A stretch of DNA of 64,000 nt from sequence record PP239276.1; one strand, given 5' to 3'. Made by a program: the position numbers and the translations under genes. Each line of letters opens with the position of its first letter. The first letter of the stretch is position 1. Under the pieces are notes generated by a model, which was given only the letters and a program-made list of their open reading frames with translations, was not told where the DNA came from and ran no database searches. Below are positions 29,362 through 40,350 of this stretch, in pieces. This DNA is from Escherichia phage BME3.

Positions 29362-29913
29362 CTATTTCTTAGGTCTTGTAGGCCAAGTTATATTAGGTGC
29401 ATCTTCAACGTTAATTTGAATTAATGTTGCACGATAGAGTTTAACTTTTCCTAACCAATCTTTTTGTTCTTCAGATAAACCTTGTAATTCCTCTAAATCT
29501 TGAATCGCAGACACTTGATTCGTAGCCCAAGTTAACTCCTTTTCTAACTTAAGAGTAGCATCTTCAATAGCAAGATTATTGTGAGGAACAAATTTACCTT
29601 CAACATATTGCCAAGAGCCAATATTACTTTCATCTTCTATTTTATCTGGTACATTATATGTAACTAAAATAGATTGTCCGGCAGGGAAATAGGTAGTAAC
29701 ATCTTTAGTAGCACCACGTACAATATTATTATCATCTAAGGTAATAAAATAAGCGTCGGGATATTCAGCCATCAAGGTTTTTTGAAGTTGATACCAATCA
29801 TTACCATCCTTGTCTTGCAAAAAACCACCGCCAACAGAAAGATAAAGAATGTTTTCCTCTGTTAATTCCGGTTCGTACAATTCAAAACCTGTAAAAATAA
29901 CATCTTTTTTCAT
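29362..29913 (-). CDS. putative tail fibre assembly protein
   Basis: 183 aa adjacent to fibre genes; positional inference. Confidence 0.35.
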   Translation of the reverse strand: MKKDVIFTGFELYEPELTEENILYLSVGGGFLQDKDGNDWYQLQKTLMAEYPDAYFITLDDNNIVRGATKDVTTYFPAGQSILVTYNVPDKIEDESNIGSWQYVEGKFVPHNNLAIEDATLKLEKELTWATNQVSAIQDLEELQGLSEEQKDWLGKVKLYRATLIQINVEDAPNITWPTRPKK

Positions 29914-29922
29914 AGACTCTCC

Positions 29923-30906
29923 TTATGAAACGTTGGTTACTGTTATCCAGCTACCATTAATATAATATTGTAGCGGGGCTGACCAATACCAAGCACCACG
30001 AAGTTCTTTCTTATCACCAAAGCCCCAACCTGTGATCACGTGACCAGCATAGAAACGAGACTCAGACACACCAGCTTGGATACGTGCTCCTAGACGGATA
30101 GCAGACACAACAGAAGAAACTCTATTGTTAATGTTATTAATTTGGCCTTGCAAGTTGCTATTAACGTTGTTAATATTATTTTGCAGTGTGCTTTGCAATG
30201 AGTTTAGTCTTGAGTTAAGATAATCTAATCTTACAAGAGCATTACCATTACCAGTATCTTGACCAGAATTAGAACGAGGGTTGTCTATTAAAACATAACC
30301 TGCATCATACAAACGGACTCCACAAGATGTTCCTCCAGTAGATGGATTTATTCTATAAATATAGAGTTGACCACCTGCACCTGGTTCAGAAGACATATTG
30401 CCTACTGTTTGTCCGTTATAGTTTCTAAAAAATAATGTTGCAGGATCTGTAGCACCTGTACCACAAGTGTAAATATCACCTGCATAGATAGCACCACCAT
30501 TATCACGCTTAACAAGGACATTTCCTACAACTTGGTTTGATGTTGCGTCTGTAATGTTAGCTGATAAGTGATTATGACTATTATCTACGACTTGAATAGA
30601 TAATGTTACAGCAGCATTACCATTCCATGTAACTTCACCTGTAGCATCACCTGCCATTGTAATTTTAGTACCGACTATAGGAAGATATGTAGTAGGCAAT
30701 GTTGGGAAGAATTCATCTTGCATATAGCGAATCCAAGACCCAATATTGTTTAAGATCCAGTTCATTTCTTCACAAGTCATAATCTGACCAAAATCCATAC
30801 CAACATTACGGATGGTTTCTTTTGGTCTAATCTTGTTTGTGTTTCCCGTTCCTGGGAGGGTTACTGTTTGTGTCGCCCAGTCAGGGTAGTATTGTGGCTT
30901 TGCCAT
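29923..30906 (-). CDS. tail fibre protein
   Basis: 327 aa; central Asn-rich coiled segment NNINNVNSNLQGQINNINNRV. Confidence 0.45.
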   Translation of the reverse strand: MAKPQYYPDWATQTVTLPGTGNTNKIRPKETIRNVGMDFGQIMTCEEMNWILNNIGSWIRYMQDEFFPTLPTTYLPIVGTKITMAGDATGEVTWNGNAAVTLSIQVVDNSHNHLSANITDATSNQVVGNVLVKRDNGGAIYAGDIYTCGTGATDPATLFFRNYNGQTVGNMSSEPGAGGQLYIYRINPSTGGTSCGVRLYDAGYVLIDNPRSNSGQDTGNGNALVRLDYLNSRLNSLQSTLQNNINNVNSNLQGQINNINNRVSSVVSAIRLGARIQAGVSESRFYAGHVITGWGFGDKKELRGAWYWSAPLQYYINGSWITVTNVS

Positions 30907-30919
30907 TAAGGGTAACTCC

Positions 30920-31549
30920 TTATTCTATTTGAGCTATCAGCATAGTCATTCGCCCTGTATCATCTCCTTCAGCCTCTGTGTAAAGAGAACCTAAACCACC
31001 TATACCATGAGGTGGCTTTGTGGCATAATAGGAAGTGAAACCAAAGGCTGCACCCGCTTTCGCACCTAAGCGATAACTGCTTAGGATCGGGAAAACGTTA
31101 AGTAACTGTGCTACTGCCTGATCGGATTGTAGACACAAATTATAAAAGAATACGTCGAATGTTTTATTTAATCCAACGTATGTATTGATCGTTTCTTTTT
31201 CTGTTCCTGTAAAACGAGCGAACATATCAATGATATCATCTCGCGTACCAGAAGACGCAACACGATAAGCCCTGATTTTTAATATTGTACGATACTCTTC
31301 ATCCGTAGCACCATTTCTCTCCATCCCCATCTCTTCACCAATAAGATCTAAATACTTACCAGTTGCAGTAGAGATTAAGCGGTGTTTGGCAAGATAGATC
31401 ATTGCCTGATCTATCTTTTGTTTTTCGCTAGAAATGATATAGAGTAGTTTGACAATGTTCGGAGAAGATTTAAAATCTTCAATCAGTAGGTCTTTAACAT
31501 CTTCATTGATACTATCCCACGTTGTCACATGGTCAACACTCACTGCCAT
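30920..31549 (-). CDS. putative baseplate protein
   Basis: position between baseplate J-like gene and fibres. Confidence 0.4.
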   Translation of the reverse strand: MAVSVDHVTTWDSINEDVKDLLIEDFKSSPNIVKLLYIISSEKQKIDQAMIYLAKHRLISTATGKYLDLIGEEMGMERNGATDEEYRTILKIRAYRVASSGTRDDIIDMFARFTGTEKETINTYVGLNKTFDVFFYNLCLQSDQAVAQLLNVFPILSSYRLGAKAGAAFGFTSYYATKPPHGIGGLGSLYTEAEGDDTGRMTMLIAQIE

Positions 31550-31551
31550 TT

Positions 31552-33039
31552 TTAGACTCCGTACTCGTAGGAAATATTATCAAGGTCAAAGGATGGTACA
31601 ACATTGTACGCTGGAGTGATATCTCCCTCATTATATTTACTGTCATCCTCAGTATTAAGTTTAACATAAACACGGAGAGAAGTCAAGCGTCCGAATGCAA
31701 GTGCAGAATAAATTACACCTTTTATCTGGTCGTTAGTTACTGTTGACCCTAATTCAAAATAAGCCTGTAAGTTTGCAAGAGCAGAAACAATATTTTCCCT
31801 TTCTGTTGTACTTAACACACTACCATTACCAGTTTGATATACCAGTTTAAGTGAGTATTCCGCATTATCACCAGGAGAAAAACGAATTACTTCTTGACCA
31901 CCATCTTCTGTTATGATAGTAATTGCTGTCGTACCATAAGTTAAGGTGTTAATAGGCTTAGTATTATAAATAACCTGTGCAACTTCTTCTGCTGTACCAC
32001 CATACACAATAGTCTGGAATGTCATAGCTGGAGCATGTTCCTGATCGTGTAGTGTAGGGTTATCATAAATCTTAACCTTTGTCACGCCATCTGTCAGTAA
32101 TAGAGCTTTAACAATAGCAGCACGAGTAGCAGCATTAGCTTCATCCATGTTATCATTGAAACGAGAACGGAATTCTGCATCTGTTTCAACATCTGTACCT
32201 GGAGAGAACGGATAGAAGTTACCTGTATCTAAAAAGCCTGTAAACGTTGAAGAAATACCTGTAATACTTTCTGTACCTACTGGATTGTAGCCAACGTCTG
32301 AACACGTAACTGGAATTTCACTCCATTTTGTACCAATTGCAATAGATGCATAAAATTTTACTGGTGTTACTAGACCTATTGGGTTAACATTATCTTCTGG
32401 ATTATAACCCATGTAAACATTACTAGCATCATTCCATACTAAAGCACGATCTGTTGTTGATACGTTAGCTTTAATGAAATTCGTGAGATCTACAATAAAG
32501 TTTGTATTGCTAGGACTTAGTGTTTTACTGTTAAGCCCACCATCAATAGCACTTTGAATGTAGAAAGTAATGGAAGTTTCACCAGAAGCTGTTGCGTTTG
32601 CTTTAGAAATGGTATATGCTCCAATCTTAGCATTCAACATTGTCGGTGCACTGACATAATATGTCAAATCGTTATCGGCATTAAAATAAACATCTGTGCT
32701 TAGTTCATAAGTCCAAGCTGCCTTATTGTTAGATTTAACATAAGCATAACCACTACCAGCAGAAGCAGCTTTACGATAAAAACCTCTTTTAGAGAAGATT
32801 TCATCAAGGTAAATACCTTCTGCACCATCTAAGGTTTGGGTATTGTAAACACCTTGCATACCTTCCCAAAGGGTGTAATCTGTATATGCAATAATACGAA
32901 ACAGTTGACCAAAGACAGTATCTTCAGATGTAGCTGTATCTGCACCGAAAGTGTTTTTCAATGCTGTCATATAATTATTTAAAATATCATCAAACGTTGG
33001 AATTACAAAACCAGCATCTGTTAAACCATAATCTGCCAT
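31552..33039 (-). CDS. putative baseplate wedge (J-like) protein
   Basis: 495 aa, operon position. Confidence 0.45.
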   Translation of the reverse strand: MADYGLTDAGFVIPTFDDILNNYMTALKNTFGADTATSEDTVFGQLFRIIAYTDYTLWEGMQGVYNTQTLDGAEGIYLDEIFSKRGFYRKAASAGSGYAYVKSNNKAAWTYELSTDVYFNADNDLTYYVSAPTMLNAKIGAYTISKANATASGETSITFYIQSAIDGGLNSKTLSPSNTNFIVDLTNFIKANVSTTDRALVWNDASNVYMGYNPEDNVNPIGLVTPVKFYASIAIGTKWSEIPVTCSDVGYNPVGTESITGISSTFTGFLDTGNFYPFSPGTDVETDAEFRSRFNDNMDEANAATRAAIVKALLLTDGVTKVKIYDNPTLHDQEHAPAMTFQTIVYGGTAEEVAQVIYNTKPINTLTYGTTAITIITEDGGQEVIRFSPGDNAEYSLKLVYQTGNGSVLSTTERENIVSALANLQAYFELGSTVTNDQIKGVIYSALAFGRLTSLRVYVKLNTEDDSKYNEGDITPAYNVVPSFDLDNISYEYGV

Positions 33040-33284
33040 TAGTTATCCTCCTTATCAGGGGCAGGTGATCTGCCCCAACGTAAATCTATTAAATTCTTCA
33101 TTAGTCTGGATGGTGTGATCATAAAAACAAAAGCCCAGCCCATCCATTCAGGAATTTCTTTATCAATTCCCAAATAAATAAACATACTGGACATAACAAT
33201 CATACCAATAGCATTCCAAACTTTAGTAGAACTGACTTTATTATCAGGATATGTACAAAACATACCTATTAAAAATTTTCTCAT
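33039..33284 (-). CDS. small membrane protein
   Basis: two hydrophobic stretches (MIVMSSMFIYLGI, WAFVFMITP), coupled to flanking genes. Confidence 0.45.
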   Translation of the reverse strand: MRKFLIGMFCTYPDNKVSSTKVWNAIGMIVMSSMFIYLGIDKEIPEWMGWAFVFMITPSRLMKNLIDLRWGRSPAPDKEDN

Positions 33285-33589
33285 GGTGCGTTCTCATTAC
33301 TTTTTAAATCACGATATACAGCTAATTCCCCAAGGTCTACAGAACCCGCTGAATGCACAAGTACAGCAGCACTAAGACTAATGGCAGTAGTACCTGGGGC
33401 AATATCAGCAGGTAGGGAATACGCCCTTTGCGTCTCCTTGTCATAGATAACCTTATACCCACCCAAATCCACACCAACTGAGAAGTAAACAACCTCAGAT
33501 TGTTTAACTCCAAAGTGACGGGCTACTGCTTGTTTATTGGTTAAGATTCCGGTTGAACCTTTACCACCTTGGGAGAACATTTCGTTCAT
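33281..33589 (-). CDS. hypothetical protein (baseplate region)
   Basis: 102 aa. Confidence 0.4.
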   Translation of the reverse strand: MNEMFSQGGKGSTGILTNKQAVARHFGVKQSEVVYFSVGVDLGGYKVIYDKETQRAYSLPADIAPGTTAISLSAAVLVHSAGSVDLGELAVYRDLKSNENAP

Positions 33590-33602
33590 AACAACCTGTT
33601 TA

Positions 33603-33636
33603 TTTTTCTAAAAAACCCCGCCAAAGCGGGGGTTAG
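33603..33636 (-). terminator. rho-independent terminator
   Basis: AACCCCGC-CAAA-GCGGGGTT hairpin followed by T6 on minus strand. Confidence 0.65.
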
Positions 33637-33638
33637 TT

Positions 33639-35297
33639 TTACACGTAAGCACTCTCGAACTTACAGAACCAAGTCGTTCCTTCATCAGTTGTTGACAACC
33701 TAAAAACTTGTGTTCCAGCTGCTGTCAAAGATGGGGTACTGCTTGCTAATTTAACATTTTCACCAAATGTTATTGTTTTAGATGTTGTTGAATAGACAGC
33801 CAAAAGAACCTCAACATAACCAGTTAGTGTATTTGTTAATACTGCTGGAGTTATTGTTACATCCCCTGTAACTGTAGCTGCGATGTAAGATGCGTCTGAA
33901 AAGTCAGGCGCATAACTTGCTGTTGGCGTCTCGAACTTTGTACTTCTTACCAATACAGGAACTCCAACATTTTTCCTGAAAATTGTACTATTGCAAACCA
34001 TATCATACTCTATACCAACAAAATTCTTAGCTGCGAGTATGTTAGTAAATGTCTGATCCACAGAGTAAATATGAGTTATCAGCCTTGCCACCCATGCTGG
34101 TGAGTTTGAGTTTTCACACTCAATGAATGAGCAATTGCTACTGCCAACGGCGAATGGCATTAGTGATGCCGCATATGCAGATAACCCTGCGTCATTAAAC
34201 GCATTCATATTCACAAACGTCTGGCATTGAGAGAACGTATTACCGGTGGCTCCACCATCAATAAAAAAGCCAATCCCGCCGTTAATATAACCATCTAAAG
34301 CATCCAAATTTGCTTTCGTATAATCCCATTTTGACGGTGAATCAGCAAAGCACTGATTGAAGGAATTGTTTATTGAGTTCTGTACAACAAAGCAGCATTT
34401 CATCCTTGAGTTCTGGTCAGTGACTGTATCGTCATACATGCCCCAGTTGTGCACCTTACTAATTCTGTTATTGCCACCACCACGAACCCAGGTACCAAAT
34501 CGGAAATAACGACCTTCACCCATGCTAACCTGATGATCGCTACCTTCAACAATGTGGGCTGTGCAGAGCGGATTGGTTGGTTTTAATACACCAACAGCAT
34601 AAAACTTCAATAGGTGCACACCCATGCCGCCAGCAATATGGATGCCATGACCATCAACGTTGGCTACGTAAATGCCATCTAACTTGTTAGCATAGCCATC
34701 GGATATCTTAAACCCATTAACAGTTTTTGCACGGGCATCAATTAATAAGTTGCTGATATGCCCAGCGTATTGATTACCCATCCCTTTATCGCATTTAACA
34801 GCATAGCCAGAGGAGTCTGCGGCGAAGTCGTCGGTGAGGTACACCCCACCGAAACCAGCATCAATGCTAACATCTCCGTGAATGTGCAGTGTCGTACTGA
34901 TAGGATATTTCTTCCCATTCAGCCTGATAACTTTGCTTACAGTGTTAGGTTGTAGCCAGTCAGGATGGTTAGCAGCACTACTTGGTGCATGTTCTAAACC
35001 TGTTAAAGCTGCCGCAGCATCAATCGCATCCTGTAATGATGGATACATATCCGGGTTGACATTTATAATTTTCTTAAGCGCATTGCCAACAGTACCAGTT
35101 TCGTAATCAATTGACTTATCAAAACCTGAAAAACCTGCTCCATCTGTATCTTTCAACTGGGTGGCTAAAACCACCCCAGTGTCAGTAAGAAAGTTGGAAA
35201 CTGTGCTTTTAACAGTCTTATCAGGTTGGTCTAAAACCAGGTAATCAGAACCATTAACTTTTGATGTTTCGGGTAAATTAGTAATTGTAGTTGACAT
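33639..35297 (-). CDS. second tailspike-like beta-helix protein
   Basis: 552 aa, repetitive G/N/V-rich motifs (GHGIHIAGGMGVHLL). Confidence 0.45.
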   Translation of the reverse strand: MSTTITNLPETSKVNGSDYLVLDQPDKTVKSTVSNFLTDTGVVLATQLKDTDGAGFSGFDKSIDYETGTVGNALKKIINVNPDMYPSLQDAIDAAAALTGLEHAPSSAANHPDWLQPNTVSKVIRLNGKKYPISTTLHIHGDVSIDAGFGGVYLTDDFAADSSGYAVKCDKGMGNQYAGHISNLLIDARAKTVNGFKISDGYANKLDGIYVANVDGHGIHIAGGMGVHLLKFYAVGVLKPTNPLCTAHIVEGSDHQVSMGEGRYFRFGTWVRGGGNNRISKVHNWGMYDDTVTDQNSRMKCCFVVQNSINNSFNQCFADSPSKWDYTKANLDALDGYINGGIGFFIDGGATGNTFSQCQTFVNMNAFNDAGLSAYAASLMPFAVGSSNCSFIECENSNSPAWVARLITHIYSVDQTFTNILAAKNFVGIEYDMVCNSTIFRKNVGVPVLVRSTKFETPTASYAPDFSDASYIAATVTGDVTITPAVLTNTLTGYVEVLLAVYSTTSKTITFGENVKLASSTPSLTAAGTQVFRLSTTDEGTTWFCKFESAYV

Positions 35298-35305
35298 TTT
35301 TACTC

Positions 35306-37465
35306 CTATATATAAAATTTTTGTGTTGTTACTAAATCTTCTCCAGATTTAGTGGCTAATGTAATTCCACTTATAGTGGCAATCTCAACATTTACCTGTT
35401 TAAGAGTGATATCTTGCAAGTAGCAATTCAAAGGCACATTACCCATATAAAACACTTGGGATTTTGAATTAAGAACAGTTATTGAATCATGCATTATTTG
35501 TGGGTAAGCCCATATGTATTGATATAAACCAACAAACTTCTGGTCATTCAATACAATATTGCCTATAATCATTTTCCACAAATATGTTCTATAGTTTGAT
35601 TCAGGATCAAAGCCATATAATGGTGCTAGAGTTGCATCTGGAACAAACCCTGCAAGATAATGTATCTTATCGTAACTAAAACCTAGTTGCTCATTAGGTA
35701 TTGTGATAGCGTCGAAAGATTTTTCCATCTTACCTTCCAACAACCAGTCATAACATTCTGAACAATAAAAGTCAAAGTTCTCTGGGATATAATAATCTTT
35801 AGGGAAGTTAACAAACTCCATCATACCATTACCCAAAATGGATGGCACAAATGGTAACAATGTAACTTTAGCTCCAGGATATGCTAATCTGGTATCTGTT
35901 GCAAATTTAGCAACACGCAGTCCTAATGTTTTAGATAGGAATGCATAATATTCATCATATGGTGTACCAGTTTTATAATTTTTAACTGTACCAACATCTT
36001 GTGCATACAATCCAGTTTCATTATTAAATGCAACTTTGGTTGCATAATCATAAATACACGGCAGATTGGTAGCTGTGTTATACCACCACCACGGTTCACC
36101 AACCTGAATAATAACCGGAAGATCATTAGCAGCGGATATAGAAGCTATCTTATTTATTACACCTTGTAAATAATTCATCCCTTCATCAATTGAAGGAGAT
36201 AAAACATAACTTGGTGGCTCATAACCTGTAGCAGCCAGATCATCATTCCAAGTATGTTGTACCCATTCCACAGGACACACTGTACTCATAATTTCAAAAC
36301 TTAAGGAGTTCATTACTGTGTAGCCCATAGCTTTTGCATTAGCGTGGAAATTATCAAACCAGGCTTCTGTTGCTGGGTTTAAATATTCTGTTCTGTTCAA
36401 AGCCCATTTATTAGAACCAGCATCCCAACTAAATTGATAATAGTGTGACATACCATTATAATGGTTAATCATATCCCTATAACCTAATCTATAGGTGTTG
36501 GAAATAACTCGCTCTGGGGTCAGGTTATACATATCATCATAAGATGTGCACATTCTTATGGTGTGTGCTGGAACATTTAAATTACCCATATTCATCATAC
36601 TGTAACCAGTATCAGGCTCTAGTATGGTAAACTTAAAGGAAAGATCCATATTGTCTACAGGTATAACATCTTCAATTTCTTGATACCTTGCGGAGATCAA
36701 GGAGAAGAACATGTTATCTATCTGTGTAGTGTCAACAACAATATCATTTTCTGGCCCAGATTTTAAATTTGAGAAATCTAATTTGATTATTGCTGTTTTA
36801 CCGTCCTCTGAAACTTCTTCTGCATAAAAGTTTAGAGATACATAATGAACTGTTTCATCCTTCAGTGTCACTGTTAAGGATGGCAATAATTTTTCTTCTT
36901 TTAATCCAGGAACACCTTGACTAAGTTCCATTTTAAACCAAAGTTTCTCTTTACTTAAGTCAGAATGTTCTTGGTAGCCTAATCCTTTGTGATCATATTT
37001 ATCGTAAGTTGACCAAATAATCCCAGCAAGACCAGCCACTGTCCTATTAACCATTCTTGCTGTGAAAGAATCACCATTAGAGATAATAGAACAACTTTCT
37101 GTTGCTTGAGAATCTATTGTCCAAAACTTAGGATCAAACATTCTAGACTTCACAACAGGCCAAGTTAGCGGGGTCGTATTCGATTGATTAGTCGTAATAA
37201 CACAACGAATTTCTTCATTGATCATCATGTTATTTTGACTTATGCTAGTAATCTCAAGAGTAAAATAAAGATCTAAAGAGTTTGCCGGACGTTCATATAC
37301 ATCAACCACTACAGTAGCAGAATCTGCATCAGAAGGGAACGTTACTGTTCCCTGTTTAGCTACATAATCTCTACCAGCGACCGCCGTTCCATCGACGGTC
37401 TTATAGCTGAATGAACTGGCATTTACTCTCGTATTTCGAGTTACAGTAAAAATAGCCTGTTTCAT
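35306..37465 (-). CDS. structural protein (baseplate/tail)
   Basis: 719 aa ORF in structural operon. Confidence 0.45.
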   Translation of the reverse strand: MKQAIFTVTRNTRVNASSFSYKTVDGTAVAGRDYVAKQGTVTFPSDADSATVVVDVYERPANSLDLYFTLEITSISQNNMMINEEIRCVITTNQSNTTPLTWPVVKSRMFDPKFWTIDSQATESCSIISNGDSFTARMVNRTVAGLAGIIWSTYDKYDHKGLGYQEHSDLSKEKLWFKMELSQGVPGLKEEKLLPSLTVTLKDETVHYVSLNFYAEEVSEDGKTAIIKLDFSNLKSGPENDIVVDTTQIDNMFFSLISARYQEIEDVIPVDNMDLSFKFTILEPDTGYSMMNMGNLNVPAHTIRMCTSYDDMYNLTPERVISNTYRLGYRDMINHYNGMSHYYQFSWDAGSNKWALNRTEYLNPATEAWFDNFHANAKAMGYTVMNSLSFEIMSTVCPVEWVQHTWNDDLAATGYEPPSYVLSPSIDEGMNYLQGVINKIASISAANDLPVIIQVGEPWWWYNTATNLPCIYDYATKVAFNNETGLYAQDVGTVKNYKTGTPYDEYYAFLSKTLGLRVAKFATDTRLAYPGAKVTLLPFVPSILGNGMMEFVNFPKDYYIPENFDFYCSECYDWLLEGKMEKSFDAITIPNEQLGFSYDKIHYLAGFVPDATLAPLYGFDPESNYRTYLWKMIIGNIVLNDQKFVGLYQYIWAYPQIMHDSITVLNSKSQVFYMGNVPLNCYLQDITLKQVNVEIATISGITLATKSGEDLVTTQKFYI

Positions 37466-37473
37466 TATTTTCC

Positions 37474-40350
37474 TTATTTGGTTACATCAACACTAATATC
37501 ATTCATAGTTAGAACAGTTAGTGTTGGTATGTTACTATTATCCAAAATTGGTAAAGCGTTTTGAGGGTTTAGTTTACGATACAAGGCATATAAACCAAAA
37601 CCACGTAATAGTTCTCCAGCATGGAAACCAAAGAACATTCCGTTATCTGAATCTGGGCGTGGTGCAACACTCCAGGAACCATTCATCGGATGGTTAGGGG
37701 AGAGCACAATATAGTTTTGCTGAATCAGATCAAAACATCTGTCTGCTACAATACCAATGTTTGGAATTTGTGAATCATAACCTGCCAAACCCATGATTGA
37801 ACAACCAGCCATAAACAGTGCAGACATATGACTAGTAAAGTCATCTATAGGTGCAAGAACTGTACCATCTGGGTTAAAGATAGTTGGTGTTCTTCCGTCA
37901 TTATTGTCTTGGAACCATTTAAGATAGTTGATCCAATTTTTACAAACTGTTACTAGTTTTTCAGGAGGTGTTTCTCCTCTTTGTACAAGTTCGTATACAG
38001 CATGACAAGCACAGTAGAATGCACGAGCTTCATAACCATCCCACGCTTTTTCATTCCAGTGTTTCATAGTAAACGTATTAGGTTCACCGTATTTTCTTGC
38101 ATCCCAACGATCCCACACATATGCTTGTGCCATAGGCCCAGGCATCACAGGATCAAACGTGTTATAAAACCACATTTGAGCATCATACAAGAAATCAATA
38201 CTGTTGTTTAAACGTGTCCAATCAATATCCCTACCTGCGAAACAGTATAAGGAAGGATACTGGTATCCTGGGTATGGAATACCACGCCATCCATCGTATA
38301 ATGCAGTGTTTGGGTCACTGATATTAGAGAATGGAATTATTCCTGGTGTGTAATTAAGACTATTTAACTTATAGTCAATAATAGTACAATCACCTAACTT
38401 AGCAGTATGAGGACTTGAAGCCTGTACAGTAATACGGAAGTACATGGTATAATCATCACCAGAAGATGACGAATATCTTTCAGGTACATCGTTAATACAA
38501 TAGAAATCTATTGTTCCTGTTAAACCATTGACAGGAGCCGTATCAAGAACTAAATTTACCTGATCTACCGCAGTAAGATTTATGGCTGAAGGTTTAGGAT
38601 CTGTATCTGGATGATTAGGCTGGTAAGCACTTAACTTAAAATCAGAAGCTGATAAAGTCTTCGTGCTCCATGCCCCTTGCGTTTTAGGCAGCATAGCCCA
38701 CCATCTCCAACCTTGAGCATCCGTGATAGTCATGTTAAAGTCATCTTCATATGTTCTATATGTGATAGACTTAACATTAGCTTTTGATGTAGGAGTTAAC
38801 CAAAAACCAACAGTGATACCACCATCCGTATCCATTGATGCAGTAACAATCTGGTCATTATTAGTTCCAGCAATACCTGTTACATACTTATATTGTACCA
38901 CAGTATTGTCACCCCAGTCAACAATAATTCGCGGGTCTGCTATAATATATGTTCCACCATTCGGAGGGGTGCTTCTCATAAAGCTGGATAGTGGAATATC
39001 CATGCTTGTCATATTAGCTGTACCCAGTGGTAAGCCACAACGGTAAGTTACTGTGTTATTTTCATCTTTGGTCTTACTTAATTCCAACTCTGGACGGAAA
39101 AGAATACCATGTCCTGCGTCATCTACACCTTGAAACTGAACTCGTAACTTAGAGTTCTGATCAACTTTAAACCAAATGGCTTGCTGTTCTAATGTTGTTT
39201 GAGCAGCAACATCTTGTCTAATAACAATATAACCTAAAGTATCTCTTGAATATTTAGGTATTGCTGTAGATGGATACGAATAATCGTAAGAGATGCCATC
39301 TGTAAACGGAATAGTTGCATATGTAGATTTACGGAAGAATTTATCAAACATATCAATGTTTGAGTAATCTTGACACACTAACAGTGAAGACTGCCAGCAT
39401 AGCCAATATTTTCTTTCTCCTGTAATTTGGTACATCAGGTAATTAGCATCACACCACCAAGTTTCGGCATCTGACGCATTATCCTGAAAGCCCATTTCTA
39501 CCGGAACGTTAACTGGTCTGTTATGCCACATAGTGTTACGCTCCATTAAATAACCGCCGTGTTCAACAGGGTTACAAGTCGCGTAGTTAAATTTATATGT
39601 ACCGTTTACAGAAGTATTTTTTAGTTGAACTGTTCCGTATTGAGATGTTGGAAAACCTTCTTCTAAGATATTTCCATCCCAATCAACTTTACGTCCTAGA
39701 CGATCAATGATCCAATCAACGTCCCATTGATCTCCATTCTTAGACCAATCTGTTGTTCCATCTGCATTAACAGCATATACTGTAGCGTTTACAGAGTTCC
39801 ATCCTAGATTACCATTAAAAGCAAACCATGCTTTGTCAAGGTATTCTCCCCAATGAGGAGCACCATGAGGAATAACTGTTCTACCGTTAGTCCACGTCAT
39901 TAAGCTACCCTTAAAACCTCCGTGTGTAGGGTAGCCATCATCTGTAAGAGGATAGTGTGCAAGACGTGGTTCTTTACCGTTAATAATCCAGTTAGGGCGA
40001 TATTTTGCTGGCGGATCTGGGATAGGTTGACCACCAAAGAAGTAATCTATATAGGCTTGCCAATATTTTTTAGCAGAGTCTAAATACTTTGTATCGCCGG
40101 AAGCTAGGTATGCATAAGCGCAACCAAGAATAAGCACGGATTGACCTTCTGTTGTAGCATCCCCGTTTGGTTGCCCTTCTTGAGCAGTCCAGTTTATAAA
40201 GTGTCTGTTATTAGCTAGAACGTTTTGTGGGTTTAATACATAGTGTTGCACTGTAGGATCTACAGTTAAACCTGTATTACGATCTAAGAACTGAATATGT
40301 CCATCGATCAGTTGAAAAACATTGTCAATTCTGTGCTTAATTCTTGACAT
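37474..40350 (-). CDS. structural protein (baseplate/tail), large
   Basis: 958 aa ORF in structural operon. Confidence 0.45.
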   Translation of the reverse strand: MSRIKHRIDNVFQLIDGHIQFLDRNTGLTVDPTVQHYVLNPQNVLANNRHFINWTAQEGQPNGDATTEGQSVLILGCAYAYLASGDTKYLDSAKKYWQAYIDYFFGGQPIPDPPAKYRPNWIINGKEPRLAHYPLTDDGYPTHGGFKGSLMTWTNGRTVIPHGAPHWGEYLDKAWFAFNGNLGWNSVNATVYAVNADGTTDWSKNGDQWDVDWIIDRLGRKVDWDGNILEEGFPTSQYGTVQLKNTSVNGTYKFNYATCNPVEHGGYLMERNTMWHNRPVNVPVEMGFQDNASDAETWWCDANYLMYQITGERKYWLCWQSSLLVCQDYSNIDMFDKFFRKSTYATIPFTDGISYDYSYPSTAIPKYSRDTLGYIVIRQDVAAQTTLEQQAIWFKVDQNSKLRVQFQGVDDAGHGILFRPELELSKTKDENNTVTYRCGLPLGTANMTSMDIPLSSFMRSTPPNGGTYIIADPRIIVDWGDNTVVQYKYVTGIAGTNNDQIVTASMDTDGGITVGFWLTPTSKANVKSITYRTYEDDFNMTITDAQGWRWWAMLPKTQGAWSTKTLSASDFKLSAYQPNHPDTDPKPSAINLTAVDQVNLVLDTAPVNGLTGTIDFYCINDVPERYSSSSGDDYTMYFRITVQASSPHTAKLGDCTIIDYKLNSLNYTPGIIPFSNISDPNTALYDGWRGIPYPGYQYPSLYCFAGRDIDWTRLNNSIDFLYDAQMWFYNTFDPVMPGPMAQAYVWDRWDARKYGEPNTFTMKHWNEKAWDGYEARAFYCACHAVYELVQRGETPPEKLVTVCKNWINYLKWFQDNNDGRTPTIFNPDGTVLAPIDDFTSHMSALFMAGCSIMGLAGYDSQIPNIGIVADRCFDLIQQNYIVLSPNHPMNGSWSVAPRPDSDNGMFFGFHAGELLRGFGLYALYRKLNPQNALPILDNSNIPTLTVLTMNDISVDVTK

